From positions 3,744,001 through 3,808,000 of the forward strand of contig OZ244170.1 in assembly GCA_965216565.1 (NCBI GenBank): a stretch of DNA of 64,000 nucleotides, given 5' to 3'. Below are positions 63,536 to 64,000 of the stretch, in pieces; within the stretch, counting starts at the first letter, position 1, and every line of letters starts with the position of its first letter. The stretch is from Bythopirellula sp. GTDB lineage: Bacteria; Planctomycetota; Planctomycetia; Pirellulales; Lacipirellulaceae. The notes under the pieces are model-generated. The model saw only the letters and a list, made by a program, of their open reading frames with translations, was not told where the DNA came from and made no database searches. The position numbers were made by a program, and so were the translations under genes.

Positions 63536-64000
63536 ATGAGCCAAGCCGTTGAAAAAGAGCTCGAGCATTTCATGGCTGGGCTGAAAAAGCGAAATCCGAA
63601 TCAAAAAGAATTTCACCAGGCGGTGGAGGAAGTCGCCTCCTCGGTGATGCCTTGGTATCTAGATCACGACGAGTTTCGGCAAGCGCAAATCTTAGAACGA
63701 CTTACAGAGCCAGATCGGATTATCATTTTCCGGGTTAGCTGGGAAACCGATGACGGCTGCATTCGAGCCAATCGTGCCTGGCGAGTGCAATTCAGCCATG
63801 CTCTCGGCCCTTACAAAGGGGGCTTGCGATTCGCTCCATCGGTCACTCAAAGTGTCCTCAAGTTTCTAGGCTTTGAACAAATCTTCAAGAACAGCCTCAC
63901 CGGTTTGCCAATGGGCGGCGCGAAGGGGGGATCGAATTTCAATCCCAAAGGAAAAAGCGATCGCGAGGTCATGCGGTTTTGTCAGAGTCTCATGACCGAA
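63536..64000 (+). CDS. gdhA: NADP-specific glutamate dehydrogenase, 5' part (runs off the window)
   Basis: Hand translation MSQAVEKELE..RNPNQKEFHQAVEEV..GPYKGGLRF..KFLGFEQIFKNSLTGLPMGGAKGGSNFNPKGKSD.EVMRFCQ. Confidence 0.95.
   Translation, partial: MSQAVEKELEHFMAGLKKRNPNQKEFHQAVEEVASSVMPWYLDHDEFRQAQILERLTEPDRIIIFRVSWETDDGCIRANRAWRVQFSHALGPYKGGLRFAPSVTQSVLKFLGFEQIFKNSLTGLPMGGAKGGSNFNPKGKSDREVMRFCQSLMTE

Overview
Window from a planctomycete, most likely Pirellulales (Lacipirellulaceae-like, inferred from PEP-CTERM proteins with dockerin-like tails, a DWG-motif Ser/Thr kinase with WD40 repeats and lineage-typical ribosomal proteins). About 41 kb (11.0-51.8 kb, minus strand) is the translation/transcription superoperon. 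It runs tRNA-Thr/Tyr/Gly/Thr, tuf, tRNA-Trp, secE, nusG, rplKAJL, rpoBC, rpsL, rpsG, fusA, then a ~5 kb accessory insert (GDSL hydrolase, GT2 plus TMTC-like GT-C, RelE/ParE toxin-antitoxin), then the S10, spc and alpha blocks. The flanks carry rpmA, an NhaP-type antiporter, pqaA-like, fba, a kinase, csrA, four PEP-CTERM proteins and the 5' part of gdhA. The main unexplained signal is that many superoperon spacers are filled by inverted arrays of degenerate 7-, 8- or 9-nt tandem repeats from several families, sometimes nested with REP-like palindromes. These would fold the mRNA so that the upstream stop and downstream start codons come together. Other candidates: an RGPP-motif leader ORF before csrA, a rewritten switch I in EF-Tu, a divergent EF-G, S12 K88R, a 62-nt rpsC/rplP overlap, a mini secretin-like lipoprotein and a GT2/TMTC protein-glycosylation pair. 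All calls come from reading the sequence and the ORF track; no database searches were run.
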